DNA from: Mustelus asterias
Taxonomy: Eukaryota
Assembly: GCF_964213995.1 (NCBI RefSeq)
Contig: NC_135819.1
Span: forward strand, 52,204,001-52,268,000
Length of the DNA stretch: 64,000 nt
Reading direction: 5' to 3'
The translations under genes were made by a program, and so were the position numbers. Below, in pieces: positions 28,196 through 40,320 of the stretch (the stretch's first letter is position 1; each line of letters starts with the position of its first letter). The notes under the pieces are model-generated. The model was given only the letters and a program-made list of their open reading frames with translations, searched no databases and had not been told where the DNA came from.

Positions 28196-29836
28196 CGTTA
28201 ATAAGGAAGTCTGCTGAAAAATTAATCAAAAAGTCAAGAATAGCTATGCTACCAAAAGTTACAAAAGCATCACAATGACTGCCCAGAAGTTAGAATGGAT
28301 CAAGTAATAAGACAAATAGGATGCAATTGGACAACTCCACTCCTGTGATCCCACTGTTAAATAAATCCTGGGTTATTTTTTCAGTACTGTTTTTGATCTA
28401 CAAAAGAGTCAAGGATTATTGGGGTGGGTAGGGGGCAGGTAGGAAAGTTAACACCATAATCAGATCAGCCATGACCTATTGAATGGTGGAGTAGGTTTGA
28501 TGGGCCAAATGTCCTAATCTTGCTCCTAACTCTCATGCATAAATCCAGCAACACCTTTCCATAACTGTTTCCACTTCAATTATTTCTCATTACTAAACAA
28601 CCCAAGACTAATCTCACTGACCTATGCCCCTTCCAAGTATTTATCCATTTTCCAATAAAATATGGAACCACTGTGTTAATTACTCCTATGGTAAAGCATT
28701 TTATGCTCTACCAACCTGGAGTAAACTATTTTTTTCTAACCTCCTTCTAGCTTTTCCTGTTCCTATGAATATAGTATAAGCATCTCAGGATGTTGCAGTT
28801 GCTTGCAATTCCTTGTATCAGCTTGGTTGAGGTCTGCACTGTACACTTTTTATGGCTTTAATGACCTTTCTACAATAAGGTGCCAAACTTTATGGATACT
28901 TGAACTGGCCTAACAAATAGTTTGTACATTTTAATTATATTAACTCCAGTATTCTATGCCCATAAAAGCCAAAACGCTTTATTTGTTTGAAAAAATGGTT
29001 TTATCTAACTGCAAGTCTGAAGTTCTAACATTTATCAGATCATTTATCAATAATTGTTGAAATTATATCCAGTAAAGTAAATCTCAAAGTAAATGGTACT
29101 ACTTTTGTTTCTTGTACTGTAATATATAAATTTCATAATTTAATCCCTGTACAAATTATACTAAATGTAACTGTTATTGAGGTAAAGATAATCAAAGTGA
29201 ATGTCTATGTTTAGTTCCAAAATGCACCCAAGATGTTGAGTTTGGATGAACTTTGCTCGATTCCTGCATTGATCACGGAAAGTGGCAAACTTCTAGTTTA
29301 AGTTTTCAAATGTCATGGTTCCTTGAGCACATCATCACCAAAAATCACACATGCACTTCCCACTGGGTGATGAATAGAATGAAATCAATTTCTCCCTTTC
29401 TAAGCAAAGCTGGAGGCATACTATTGTGCCCAATTACCACCCAAGCTGAGATCAACTAACCGATTACAAAGCAAAAATTAAAATTGGGATCATTGAACAG
29501 TAGCACTCACTTTACCAAGTGAAACAGAGGAACCCCTGGGTATTTTTTTTCTAAATGAACCTCAATGAACCTCAGTTTCACAAAAAAAAATTTTGAAGTC
29601 AACATATTTGGTTCCCGCTATATACTTTGTATCCTTGACACCAAACCAAGCCCTTAACTGTCATAGCCTGAATTAAGACTGTTTTCAACCATGGCAACCC
29701 TAATCAATATTCTAATCCAATACCTGCTCCAGCACAAGATTTGCCTACTTCCATCGAACATTGCATGCATTCACTCCACTATGGCCCATCTGCAGCTGAA
29801 ACCACCATTGTGCTCTTCACTGGGCTAATGATAGGA

Positions 29837-30236
29837 CAGTAAGAAGTCTGACAACACCAGGTTAAAGTCTAACAGGTTTATTTGGTAGCACAAGCCACAA
29901 GCTTTCGGAGCGCTGCCCCTTCATCAGGTGAGTGGCAGTTCTGTTCACAAACCGGGCATATAAAGACACAAACTCAATTTACAAAATAATGGTTGGAATG
30001 CGAGTCTTTACAGGTAATCAAGTCTTAAAGGTACAGACAACCTGAGTGGAGAGCGTTAAGCACAGGTTAAAGAGATGTGCATTGTCTCCAGCCAGGACAG
30101 TTGAGATTTTGCAAGCCCAGGCAAATCGTAGGGGTTACCAAATAAACCTGTGCTACCAAATAAACCTGTTGGACTTTAACCTGGTGTTGTGAGACTTCTT
30201 ACTGTGCTTACCCCAGTCCAACGCTGGCATCTCCAC
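29837..30236. mobile_element. Non-autonomous Penelope-derived insert (3' repeat plus inverted terminal segment) with hammerhead motif at 29895-29931 (-)
   Basis: Homologous to the 59.2/62.0 kb termini (CCAAATAAACCTGTTGGACTTTAACCTGGTGTTG); flanking duplication CTAATGATAGGA (29825-29836 and 30237-30248); minus strand reads CAC-CTGATGA-A-GGGGC-AGC-GCTCC-GAAA-GCTT-GTG. Confidence 0.8.
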
Positions 30237-32999
30237 CTAATGATAGGATGCAGTAGTAGAGTTCTGGAGCAGCTGAATTTTGTGGAGGGAGTGTCAGCCA
30301 GAAAGGACGAGGATGTCAGGACTGGAGAGGGCAAAAGCATTGATGAGTCTTAAAAAACATCTTGTGGATGATAATGTTTATTGGAGCAGTCCACCATATT
30401 GCTGAATTCTGAAAATTATTAAGCAGCTACCCATCAGACATAAAATACTTGAAGATGAACATTACAATAAAGGAAAGAGATAATTTCGTCTTATTATCTA
30501 GACTTATTAAAATTTCTATATGAACCCTGACTTAGCTTTAAAGGAAATGTGCTTACTAAGATAAAGCAGCAGGTTAAATACTAGGGAGGGAGTTGAAGAA
30601 GCTGAATCTTAATATTCATGCTCAAGTAACAATTTAGACTTCAAAAGCATGTGTTTAATTATCTGGTCCTGAAGAGTTTCTAGCAGTTTGCTTTCCACAA
30701 GTCTGCATGAAAGATGATTTTAAGCTAGAACACTGTGGATACCAGCATTAAAAACATCTAAAACTGACTTCTGCAGGATATTACCTGCAGTAGCACTATT
30801 CTACTGACCCAATCTTCAGATGTTCAAGTACTTTTTTATGGAATAAAATGTATTTGGTAAGCAGTCTTTTACAGTTAACTGTAGTTTCCTCTAATGTCAC
30901 TTGCTGGAATTATCAAACTGTCAATCTTCTTATATGGATAGACTGAAACTTTTGCTTACCCTGGGGATTTTTCAAATGAGCCTGGACTTGGAAAACACAA
31001 CAAAATTACACAGGCAGAATGAGGATCTTTGGTGCCAATGAGAACTTAATAAATGTAATCAAGTTAGGACACATCTGATCTAAAATCTATCCACATTTCT
31101 TCCTCACAGCCCATAAGCAAGTCCACACGAATGGATGTGTCAATTATGAAAAAAAAAGTTTAACTTAAAGCATAACTGAAAAGAACTAGAGGGCCATTTA
31201 AAATGAACAAAATAATTTAAGCGTTACAATGGAAAATCATGACAACCTAATATCCTGCTTTGCATCTGTGTTCCAGCCATTATTCAAAATAAAGTGCTCG
31301 AGTCAAGGGCATAGCTCACAATAGAATGTGGGAATGAACAATCTTCAGACTATATACTCTTAAATTCTAGAACATAAAGCCAAATAAAGAAATGTGACAC
31401 CACTGTCATTAAGATTTCAGAAATCAACAGTACAAGGAATAAAATGTGTCTTAATGACAGAAACAGACCCAGAATATATTTAGAAAATGCTGTTTCCTTT
31501 CCACACCAAACAGACTGTGTTCCTTCTAAGTGCAGTAAGTTTAACCACCAACCTGTTGATATAACCTACTGCACTTACGAAGGTACATCTTAAACATGGC
31601 TAAGTTCTCAGGATAAACAGAACATGATACATACGCCAATCCTGTGGAAGATTTCACATTGCAAATACTAACCAATGCAGCGAATTGTCCACAAAACTGA
31701 CAGTTTGTTTTGAAAAGCTGAAGCCAAGATTGGCAGTTAACATGGGGAGAGATTCTTGGAAAGGGCAGGGTGTTCTCACCACAGGTTGTGGGGCTGGGTA
31801 GGGGAAAGCACAGCCCACTTGCAGACAAGTAAAATTCCATACAGAGAGGGGGAGGGAAGGAAACAAAACAAAAAATGCTGGGAAAAACTCAGCAGTTCTG
31901 ACAGCAACTATGGAGAGAAAATAGAGCCACGGTTTTGAGTTTGGACGACCCTTGGTCAGAGCTTGTGAATGAATGAACTAATGAATTAGGAACGACTTAC
32001 TGAATCCCTAGAGTGCAGGAGGCCATCAGGCCCTACCCCCGTAACCCCACGTATTTACCCTGCCAATCCCCCGACACTAATTTAGCATGGCCAATCAACC
32101 TAACCTGCACAGCTTTGGAATATGGGAGGAAACCGGAGCACCTGAAAGAAACCCATCCAGACACATTGAGAATGTGCAAACTCCACACAGTCACCCAAGG
32201 CCGGAATTGAACCCAGGTCCCTGGCACTGTGAGGTGGCAGTGCTAACTATCATGTTGCTCTATTCTCTCTCCACAGATGCTGTCAGACTTGCCTGGTGTT
32301 TTTTTTAAGTTTCAAGAAGGAGACAGATATATTTATATTAAGAGGATAAAGTGACATGGAGAACAGGTGGATTTGGTACCAGTGAGAGATCAGCCATGAT
32401 CTGATTGAATGTCAGAGCAGGCTCCAAGGGCTGATTTTGCCTACTTCTGCTCCTAATTCCTCTGTTCCTATTTTGCCTTTATCTTAGGGGAGAGGAGAAG
32501 GAGGCATAGAATCATATAATCCCCCACAGTACTGAAGGAGGGCACTCGACCCAATTGAGCTTGCACTGACAACAATCCCAGCCAGGCCCAATCCCTGTAA
32601 CCTCATGGATTTTCCCTAGATAATCCCCCTGATACTAAGGGATAGCTTAGCATGGACAATCAACCTAACCCGCAGATCTTTGAACTGTGGAAGGAAACCC
32701 ACACAGACACGGGGAGAACGTGCAAACCAAGCGAACCCACTGAAGCACAAGTAGCCAAAAGACTGAACGTTTGAGGAAACAAGCTCCAGCTTCAGGGCGC
32801 CTAAAGTTTTGTCAGCAAGGCATAAGTAGGAAGTAGTGGATGGAGGGAGTATAGCAGGGAGGGAGTGTCCACTGTGTGTGTAGGTGGGGGGAACAGCGAG
32901 GGAACCCTGAGCTAGGAGGGAGGGGAGAGCTGAGCATGTATGTATGTGGAGGGGGGGGCTGGGCGATAGGAGGGGAGGGGAAGGAGAGAAGAGAAAGTA

Positions 33000-34400
33000 C
33001 TAAACCCGGAAGTGGCTCGAGGCCCGTGGGGGGGGTGACGTCAGCGCGTCCCCCGTTTGAATGGAGCGGTGGTAGCAGCGGCGCGCGGCCCCGAGGAGTG
33101 GGGGCGAGCCGCGGGAGCGACTCCGCGCGCATGCGCGCAGGCCCCCCACACCCCCCCCCGCCACACCAACAAGTACCCGCTCCTCCCAACAACAGCTTAT
33201 ACGCGCCATCCATCCCGCCCTGTCCTTAAAAAACTCCCCGACACAAAACCCACCCACACTCCCAGCGAAAAGATAAAGCACACATTACAAAATAAAATGG
33301 CGTCCGACAAAAACAAGGAGCTGGAGGTGGTAACAGCCTCCCTCCTTCCCCTATTCCAGTCAGGTTAAACAGTCACCCCACTCCTCTCACATTCGAGGGG
33401 GGGGGGGGATTGGTTTAAATAAAATACGACAAACTTACCCCCGGCCGATTGGTGTTTTATTTCCTCTTTCTTCCCCCACCCCCGCGTGTCTGTGTGTGTG
33501 TGTGTGTCAGCCCCGGTAGCGCCCTCTCGGTGCAGGCCCCGGCTCCGATCGCCTCTCTTTCCCCCCTCTGTCTCTCTCTCTCTCTCTCTCGGCCGTTCAT
33601 CAAACGGACCGAGCGCGTTGCCCGACGCTCCCCGGGCGAATGAAAACACGGCGGCCTCCAGTCCGCCCGCCGGCCGGCCCGCGCGCGCGCCCTCTCCCCG
33701 CGTTCCACGGCCAACTGTCACGGAACGTGCCAACATTCGACAGCACTGACCCCTTCCCCCCCCACACACACACACACACACCCACCCCCCAGCTATCTCC
33801 CCACTCGGGCTGCAAAGCCTCTCTCTCCCCTCCCCCCACTCTTTTTGCGTTTCTTCAACAACAATGCACCGTTTCGCTGACGCAATACGTCGGAGGGCAT
33901 CTACGTCACACGCAGCACGGCCTGTCAGATGAACGGCTGCCCCCTCCCCCGCCCCCGAAGAGCCTTCGTCCACCAATGGGCGGACCCGGCGCCCTCTCCA
34001 CCAATGGGCGAGCCCCTGGGCGTCCTCTCCACCAATAGGGTGAGCTGGCCCGGGGTCCTCTCCACCAATGGGCGAGCCCCTGGGCGCCCTCTCCACCAAT
34101 GGGTGAGCTGGCCTGGGGTTTTCTGTAAGGGGGGGCGGGGGAGTGATTTTCCGTGGCGGTTGCAGCGCGCGCAGTTAAAGCCCATGGGAGGAAACCCCGT
34201 GGTTGAGCGTGAGGAGGGAGCTGGGAGTGGCGGTTTGGGCTGGAAGCGCAACCACAATGTTTATTGAATAGACCGGCGGGGGGAGGGTGCCTGCTTTTTT
34301 AAAAAAAATGTTCCCTCCGTGGGCGTGTGTCAGGGAGGTCTGGTTGTGAGCGGAAGTGTGTAAATCTGCGTGGTTCCATTCGGGCCCTTTAAACATTAAA
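33000..34400. promoter_or_regulatory. CpG island / BRD1 promoter region with non-coding first exon(s); probably the ancestral divergent BRD1-ZBED4 promoter
   Basis: Sharp GC/CpG enrichment. Motifs: CCGGAAGTG (ETS/GABP) 33006-33014, TGACGTCA (CRE) 33036-33043, GCGCATGCGC (NRF1) 33127-33136, AAAATGGCG (YY1) about 33294-33302, five CCAAT boxes 33973-34100, GGGGCGGGG about 34132. A minus-strand GG|GTAAGT donor puts a candidate exon end at 33439. Confidence 0.8.
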
Positions 34401-37400
34401 CCGGGTGACACACTGGTCAGCACTGCTGCCTCGCCGCGCCAGGGACCCCGGGTTTGATTCCCGGCTTGGGTCACTGTGCGGAGTTTGCACGTTCTCCATG
34501 TGTGGGTTTCCTCCGGGTGCTCCGGTTTCCTCCCACAGTCTGAAAGACGTGCTGGTTAGGGTGCATTGGCCATGCTAAATTCTCCCTCAGTGTACCCGAA
34601 CAGGCGCCGGAGTGTGGCGACCAAGGGATTTTCACAGTAACTTCAGTGCAGTATTAATGTAAGCTGACTTGTGACACCAATAAATAAACTTAAAACTTAT
34701 CCTACACATGGCTATAAGAAAAGCAAATAGTCCAAGGTCTGACAATTGATTCTCCACACCCTTAATTTCTTTTGAATAGTATTTAAATGGATTGTAATCT
34801 TCTTCATTCAACATTGTGCCAAGTAAATTCTCCCTCAGTGTACCCTAACAGGCGCCGAGTGTGGTGACTAGGGGGTTTTCACAGTAACATTGCACTGTTA
34901 ATGTGAACCTACTTGTGACACTAATAAATAAACTTTCAACAACACACGTTTATATATGGCAGCTTTTTGTCAACAGCCATGAAGCGGTGCCTCTGTCCAG
35001 TTTACATGGAAAAGAAGGTTTACAGTGATTCCTGTGATGGCAGGTCGGTCATATGAGAAGATGAAGTTGGTTAGGATTATATTCACTGGAGTTTAGAAGA
35101 GCGAGAGGGGAATCTCACAAAAACTTATAAAATTCTAACGGTTAGACAGGTAGCCACAATGTGGAGATGTCGGCGTTGGATTGGGCTGGGCACAGTAATA
35201 AGTCTTAAACACCAGGTTGTGAGACTTCTTACTGTAAGATAGGGTAGTTTCAGAAAGAATGTTCCCAATGGTGAGGGGGTCCAGAACTAGGGGTCATAGT
35301 TTCAGGATAAGGGACTGAGGTGAGGAGAAATTTCTTCACTCAGCGGGTGGTGAATGTGTGGAATTCACTACCACAGAAAGTAGTTGAGGCCAAAACGTTG
35401 TCCAATTTCGAGAAGAAATTAGATATAGCCCTTGGGGCTAAAGGGATCAAAGAATATGGGGAGAAGATGGGATTAGGTTATTGAACTTGATGATCAGCCA
35501 TGATAATGAATGGTGGAGCAGGCTCGAATGGCCTACTTCTGCTTCTAGTTTCTATGGCACTGGGAGCTGCTGCACTCTTATTCAACCCGCAGCATGGTAA
35601 AGGATGAAGTGCTGGGAGGGAGGCGGGGGGTGACTGCTCAGTATCGGTCAGAAATCCGGGAGAGGGATTTACCTGATCCTCATGTGGCTGTCAAGTGAAC
35701 ATGCTCAAGGGGGAAGCAAAAGATCAACAACAAAAACACTCTTGATATTGGTAGCTTCCACCTTCCCTTGATGTCTTTATTTGCTTTTGAGAGAACTGGT
35801 TACGGTTGATTGGGCAGATAGATAAGAAAGATATGACTATAAATGAACAGTGGGAACCATCAAAATATCAAACGAAAATGTTCATAACAAATGCATTCCA
35901 TTGAAAAACAAAAACTCTGCATGAAAGACCCCTCTTGGCTCACTCAGGAATTTAAGGATTGTAGATTAAAAGAAGAGGCCTTTAATTTGCAAAGTCTGGA
36001 GAATTGGGTGCATTTTAGAAACCAGCAAAGGACTACCAAAAAATTGATTAAAAATAGAAGAGGGTAAACTAGCCAAAGATGTATATTAAAAACAAAACTT
36101 AAAAAACCTTTAAAAGTCTATGAAAAGAAAGAGGAGCTAAAGTAAACTTCCATCCCTCAGGCAGGAAAAATTATCATCGAATCTCTACAGTGCAGAAGGA
36201 GGTCATTCGGCTTATAGAGTCTGCACCGACTCTTCAACAGAGCATCTTGCCCAGTCCATGCCCTATTTTTGTAACCCCACATATTTATCCCACTGCTCCA
36301 CACATATTTGGACACTGAGGGGCAATTTAGCATAGTTAATCCACCTAACCTGCACATCTTTAGACTGGGAGGAACCTAGAGGTAACCCACACTGACATGG
36401 GGGAACATGCAAATTCCACACATAGTTACTCAAAGTTGGAATTGAACCCAGGTCCCTGGAGCTGTCCTTGTACATATTTAAGGCTGAGATGGAATCAAGG
36501 GTTATGGAGAAAGGGCAGGAAAGTGCATGTGGGGAATGTTGGATCAGCAACGATCCCAATGAATAGTGGAGCAGGCTCGAGGGGCTAAATGGCTTATTCC
36601 TATTTCTTATGGTCTTGCTCTCTTTCTAAAACTTTGACGTAATTCCAAGAGTTAAACACAGAATTCCAGATATGGCCTAACCATTATTTTGTTTTATTAA
36701 AGTTTAGCATAACCTTCTCACCTGTGTGCTCAACTTTCTTTATAAAAGTCAAGGATCACTTTTTATTAGCTTTCTCAACTTGTCCTGCCACCTGTTAAAG
36801 ATTTGTATACTTATAATCGCTAATTCTTTGTTTCCCTTGTTATGATCAGGTGAGGAGAGGTTGATTGGCTCTCCACTTTGCCCTCGCTTCATTTAACGCA
36901 AGTTTTTTTGTTTTCAAAAGGATATACTTGCCAATTCCGTCAGTATTTAACTGTTTATACAGTGTAATCATAAAAGGACCAGTAAGACAATGGGGAAGGA
37001 TAGATTGTTCAAATTAGAGTCCATAAAAATAATTTAACTTTTAAAGTTGGATTACAAATAATTATTCTGCATAAAGCACACCTTATGCACTGCAGAGTTT
37101 AAAATTTGGAACTATTGGTTTACATTTCCTCTCTTCATTCCTCCTTCCAAAACGTACCAATTTTTATTTGTGCTAAATTGCATCTGTCATGCGTCTGTCC
37201 ATTTCACCTGTCTTTGTCCTGAAGCTTGTTACTATTCTCCTCACCGTTTGCTGCATCTCTTATGTTACCTCCCATCTGCAAACTTTGAAATTATGCCCTG
37301 TTTACGTAAGTTCAAGTCGTTTAATATATCAAAAAGAGCAGTGATCCCAATGCCAATCCCTGGGAGACAGCACAATATATACCTCCCTTAGTCTGGAAAA

Positions 37401-37984
37401 AAATACTACCTTTTATTTACTGTATCCAAAAAAAGCACTGACCCCTTAATGCTTCAGGTTTACTGCTCCGCATTAGTTTGTATTTTATTGAATGTCTTTG
37501 GAAGTTCACATACATCACATCAAATAGACTACCTTCATCAATCCTCTTGATTACTTTCAGGAAATATTCCGTGGTAACATTTTTGCAGCTAACTATATAC
37601 TAAACTTTCGATTCACTTAAATTTTACTCAGTCCAACCACTAGCTAGCCTTTGGCCCTTTATTAGCCACAACAGTTCTCCAGTCATTGATTTGCACAATC
37701 TTTCATTCACCTTTATCTTTGTCCCATTAAAACTTTTAAATATCCTCTACCTCTATGCAGATATTGTGACCATGTCTCTTTCCATTTTCCTGCTCGTTGG
37801 ACCTCCTCTTACTTGATTCCACTCTTACCATTACAATTCTCGCAAGAGCACATCCAGCAATTACTTCATATCCTGTCCCGGCACCCTCACATGCAAGTTC
37901 ACCAACTCTGATCTATTTCACCAACATCTTGATCTTTTGCAACACTCTCTACCACTTTGAGCAATTGAACCTTTACTAAAATAA

Positions 37985-40320
37985 AAGGCCACAAACCTCA
38001 GGAACGTGGAGTAATTTTACTGTGTTCCCATTCAACTGTACAGAGGCGGTGAGTATGCATTGTCACTGTATATGAGTAGAAGGAAAAGGGATTATCCTGG
38101 TATGTTATGTTTAAGACACCTATATCAGTTCTATGCTTCTGTTCTTAAGCATGGCAAAGATCTTTCCTAAGGAACATCTCACTCAGACACCCATCTTATG
38201 GCCACCTTACCTTCTCGTTCAGGACATTTGGCCACAAATCTATTCTTGATCTATGTTTCATTTGTTGCAACAATGAGACAAAATGCTATACTTATTGATA
38301 ATATCAAAATTAAGGAAATATTTTTCTATGTTCCACAGATCTAACCAAAATAACATGCATCCACTGTAACTATACAATCAGTTCAGGAAAGCAAACCTCT
38401 CTTCTATTTTCACTTTGGCATCTTCGGACATTTCAACATTTGCTTGTGCACGGTGTTGATCTATTAGATGTTTCATTTTCATCTTCATCCTGTTTCAGAG
38501 CTGCTATTTGAAACTCAACTTATAGCAGCAGCCTCTGACCACAATAATGTATGGATTTCTCCAGCAAGTGCCAACAATGTTGCAAGTCTAATTGCTGAAA
38601 TGATAGTATTAGAGCTCCAGCCACTTTCTGTTCTGAAGAATGTTGATTTCACTCGGAGGTTATTGTCATATTTACAGTTACAACATTCTGTATCATATGC
38701 ATCTTCTCTCGGATTGCTGTGTCAATAATGCTGGACTGTGTGAGGGCTTTAAATCTGACAGAGACAAGAGTGAACGGTGCATCTTATAACTGGCGTATGG
38801 ATGAGTAACAAAATTAGGAAATACGTAAATGACATCTAACTGGGAATATTTGATTCTTCTTTATGCTCAGTGAGTCAGAAAAATTATTATTGTTCTACTT
38901 TACTAAATGTATCACATATTGACTGTGACCACATGTTATCAACATCCAGAAACATTTGGAATCCTCACGGGTCAGTTTGGGTCAACTCATCTGGACTGGA
39001 GATTGGTTTCACTATTGCTGACAATGAGCAAAATGTCCTGAAAACGCTGAAGGGGAGTGGATGTGCAGTTGTTCAACATTTTGCTCGTACTATTTATATA
39101 ATTGATGGTTCAAGATATGGATAATAGTGCAGACCTCAGTCACTCGGAAAGCATGTGAATTAATATCCCTAACATTACCAAAAGCCCATAAAATTGGAGG
39201 GGATAACTCTGCAGCAAGTTCTAGAAGTAATGAGTTGCAGAATTCATTGGTTCAGATTAAAGAGTGGCATGGCGGCACAGTGGTTAACAGCTGCTGCCTC
39301 ACAGTGCCAGGGACCTGGATTCGAATCCCAGCTTGGGTCACTGTGCGGAGTTTGCATGTTCTCTCCATGTGTGCATGGGTTTCCTCCCGGTTCCCTCCCA
39401 CGGCCTGAAAAATGTGCTGGTTAGGTGCATTGACCATGCTAAATTCTCCCTCAGTGTACCTGAGCAAGTGCTGGAGTGTGGTGACTAGGGGATTTTCACA
39501 GTAACTTCATTGCAGTATTAATATAAGCCTATTTTTGACACTAATAAACTTTAAGAGAGAACAGCTACAACCATACAAATAAGTAAACTTTAATAATCTT
39601 CTTGCACGAGAAAAAATTCACATGTAAACACTGGTATTATATTGCATTGCAGAGGAAGTTCAACTCAAAGTCTCAGTTTAAAATACAGTTTAAACTGTAA
39701 CCAGCTTGCACATAATTACTGTGAATTTATTGTGAAAATATCAATTTATGTGGATGCCATAATAGATGAACGGTGGTTAATAACTTGCTCTCTTCAGATT
39801 TAGTTTTCTTGAAGAAGGACCAAGTCTGCTTCACAACAGTAAAAAAAAATCAAATAGAAAAGCCTTTTAAAACTTGGACCCTCAACTATTTTCCAGTGAT
39901 TTTCTGAGAGATTCTGTACAAAGATTATAGCAGTGATTGGTTTGGTTTCCATTCAGGCATGGTGGCACAGTGGTTCGCAATGTTGCTTCACAGCGCCAGA
40001 CACCCAGGTTCGATTCCCGGCTTGGGTCACTGTCTGTGCAAAGTCTGTATGTTCTCCCCATATCTGCGGGTTTCCTCCGGGTGCTCTGGTTTCCTCCCAC
40101 AGTCCGAAAAACGTGCTGGTTAGGTGCATTGGCCATGCTAAATTCCCCCTCAGTGTACCTGAATAGGCGCCAAAGTGTGGCGACTGGGGGAATTTCACAG
40201 TAACTTCATTGCAGTGTTAATGTGAGCCTATTTGTGACACTAATGAATAAACTCTAAGAAAAAAAATTACAGATGCAGATTGTTAAAGTAACTAGCATTT
40301 TGTTCCTCTGGCAGAATTTA
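37985..40320 (+). pseudogene. ZBED4: ZBED4 pseudogene (BED finger and hAT transposase-derived relic, frameshifted, interrupted by two SINEs)
   Basis: Collinear peptide fragments in shifting frames: WSNFTV...MHC..MSRRKRDYPGMLCLRHLYQFYASVLK (BED finger); VASLIAEMIVLELQPLSVLKNVDFTRRLLSYLQLQHS; FSRIAVSIMLDCV; VHLITGVWMSNKIRKY; YCSTLLNVSHIDCD...WVNSSGLEIGFTIADN...VQHFARTI; RKACE. They follow remembered ZBED4 sequence (SLIAEMIALDLQPYS, IHFTSGIWMSNQTREY, CSALLDVSQVDCD, WVTSTGLQVGITVTDN). Position and strand are syntenic. Core 38000-39260 is strong; the 3' extent is weaker. Confidence 0.88.

Noticed and set aside
33365-34099. 244-aa minus-strand ORF and other overlapping ORFs in the CpG island
   Set aside because: Low-complexity translations of GC-rich promoter DNA, microsatellites and the CCAAT repeat; no recognisable domain.
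33965-34115. Repeat-spacer look of the CCAAT array (CRISPR-like)
   Set aside because: The spacers are themselves repeated, the context is a vertebrate promoter, and there are no cas genes.
38468-39408. Short ORFs as exons of a functional spliced gene
   Set aside because: The frame breaks are small indels without intron-sized gaps or splice signals, and the ZBED4 CDS is recalled to be single-exon; this fits decay.
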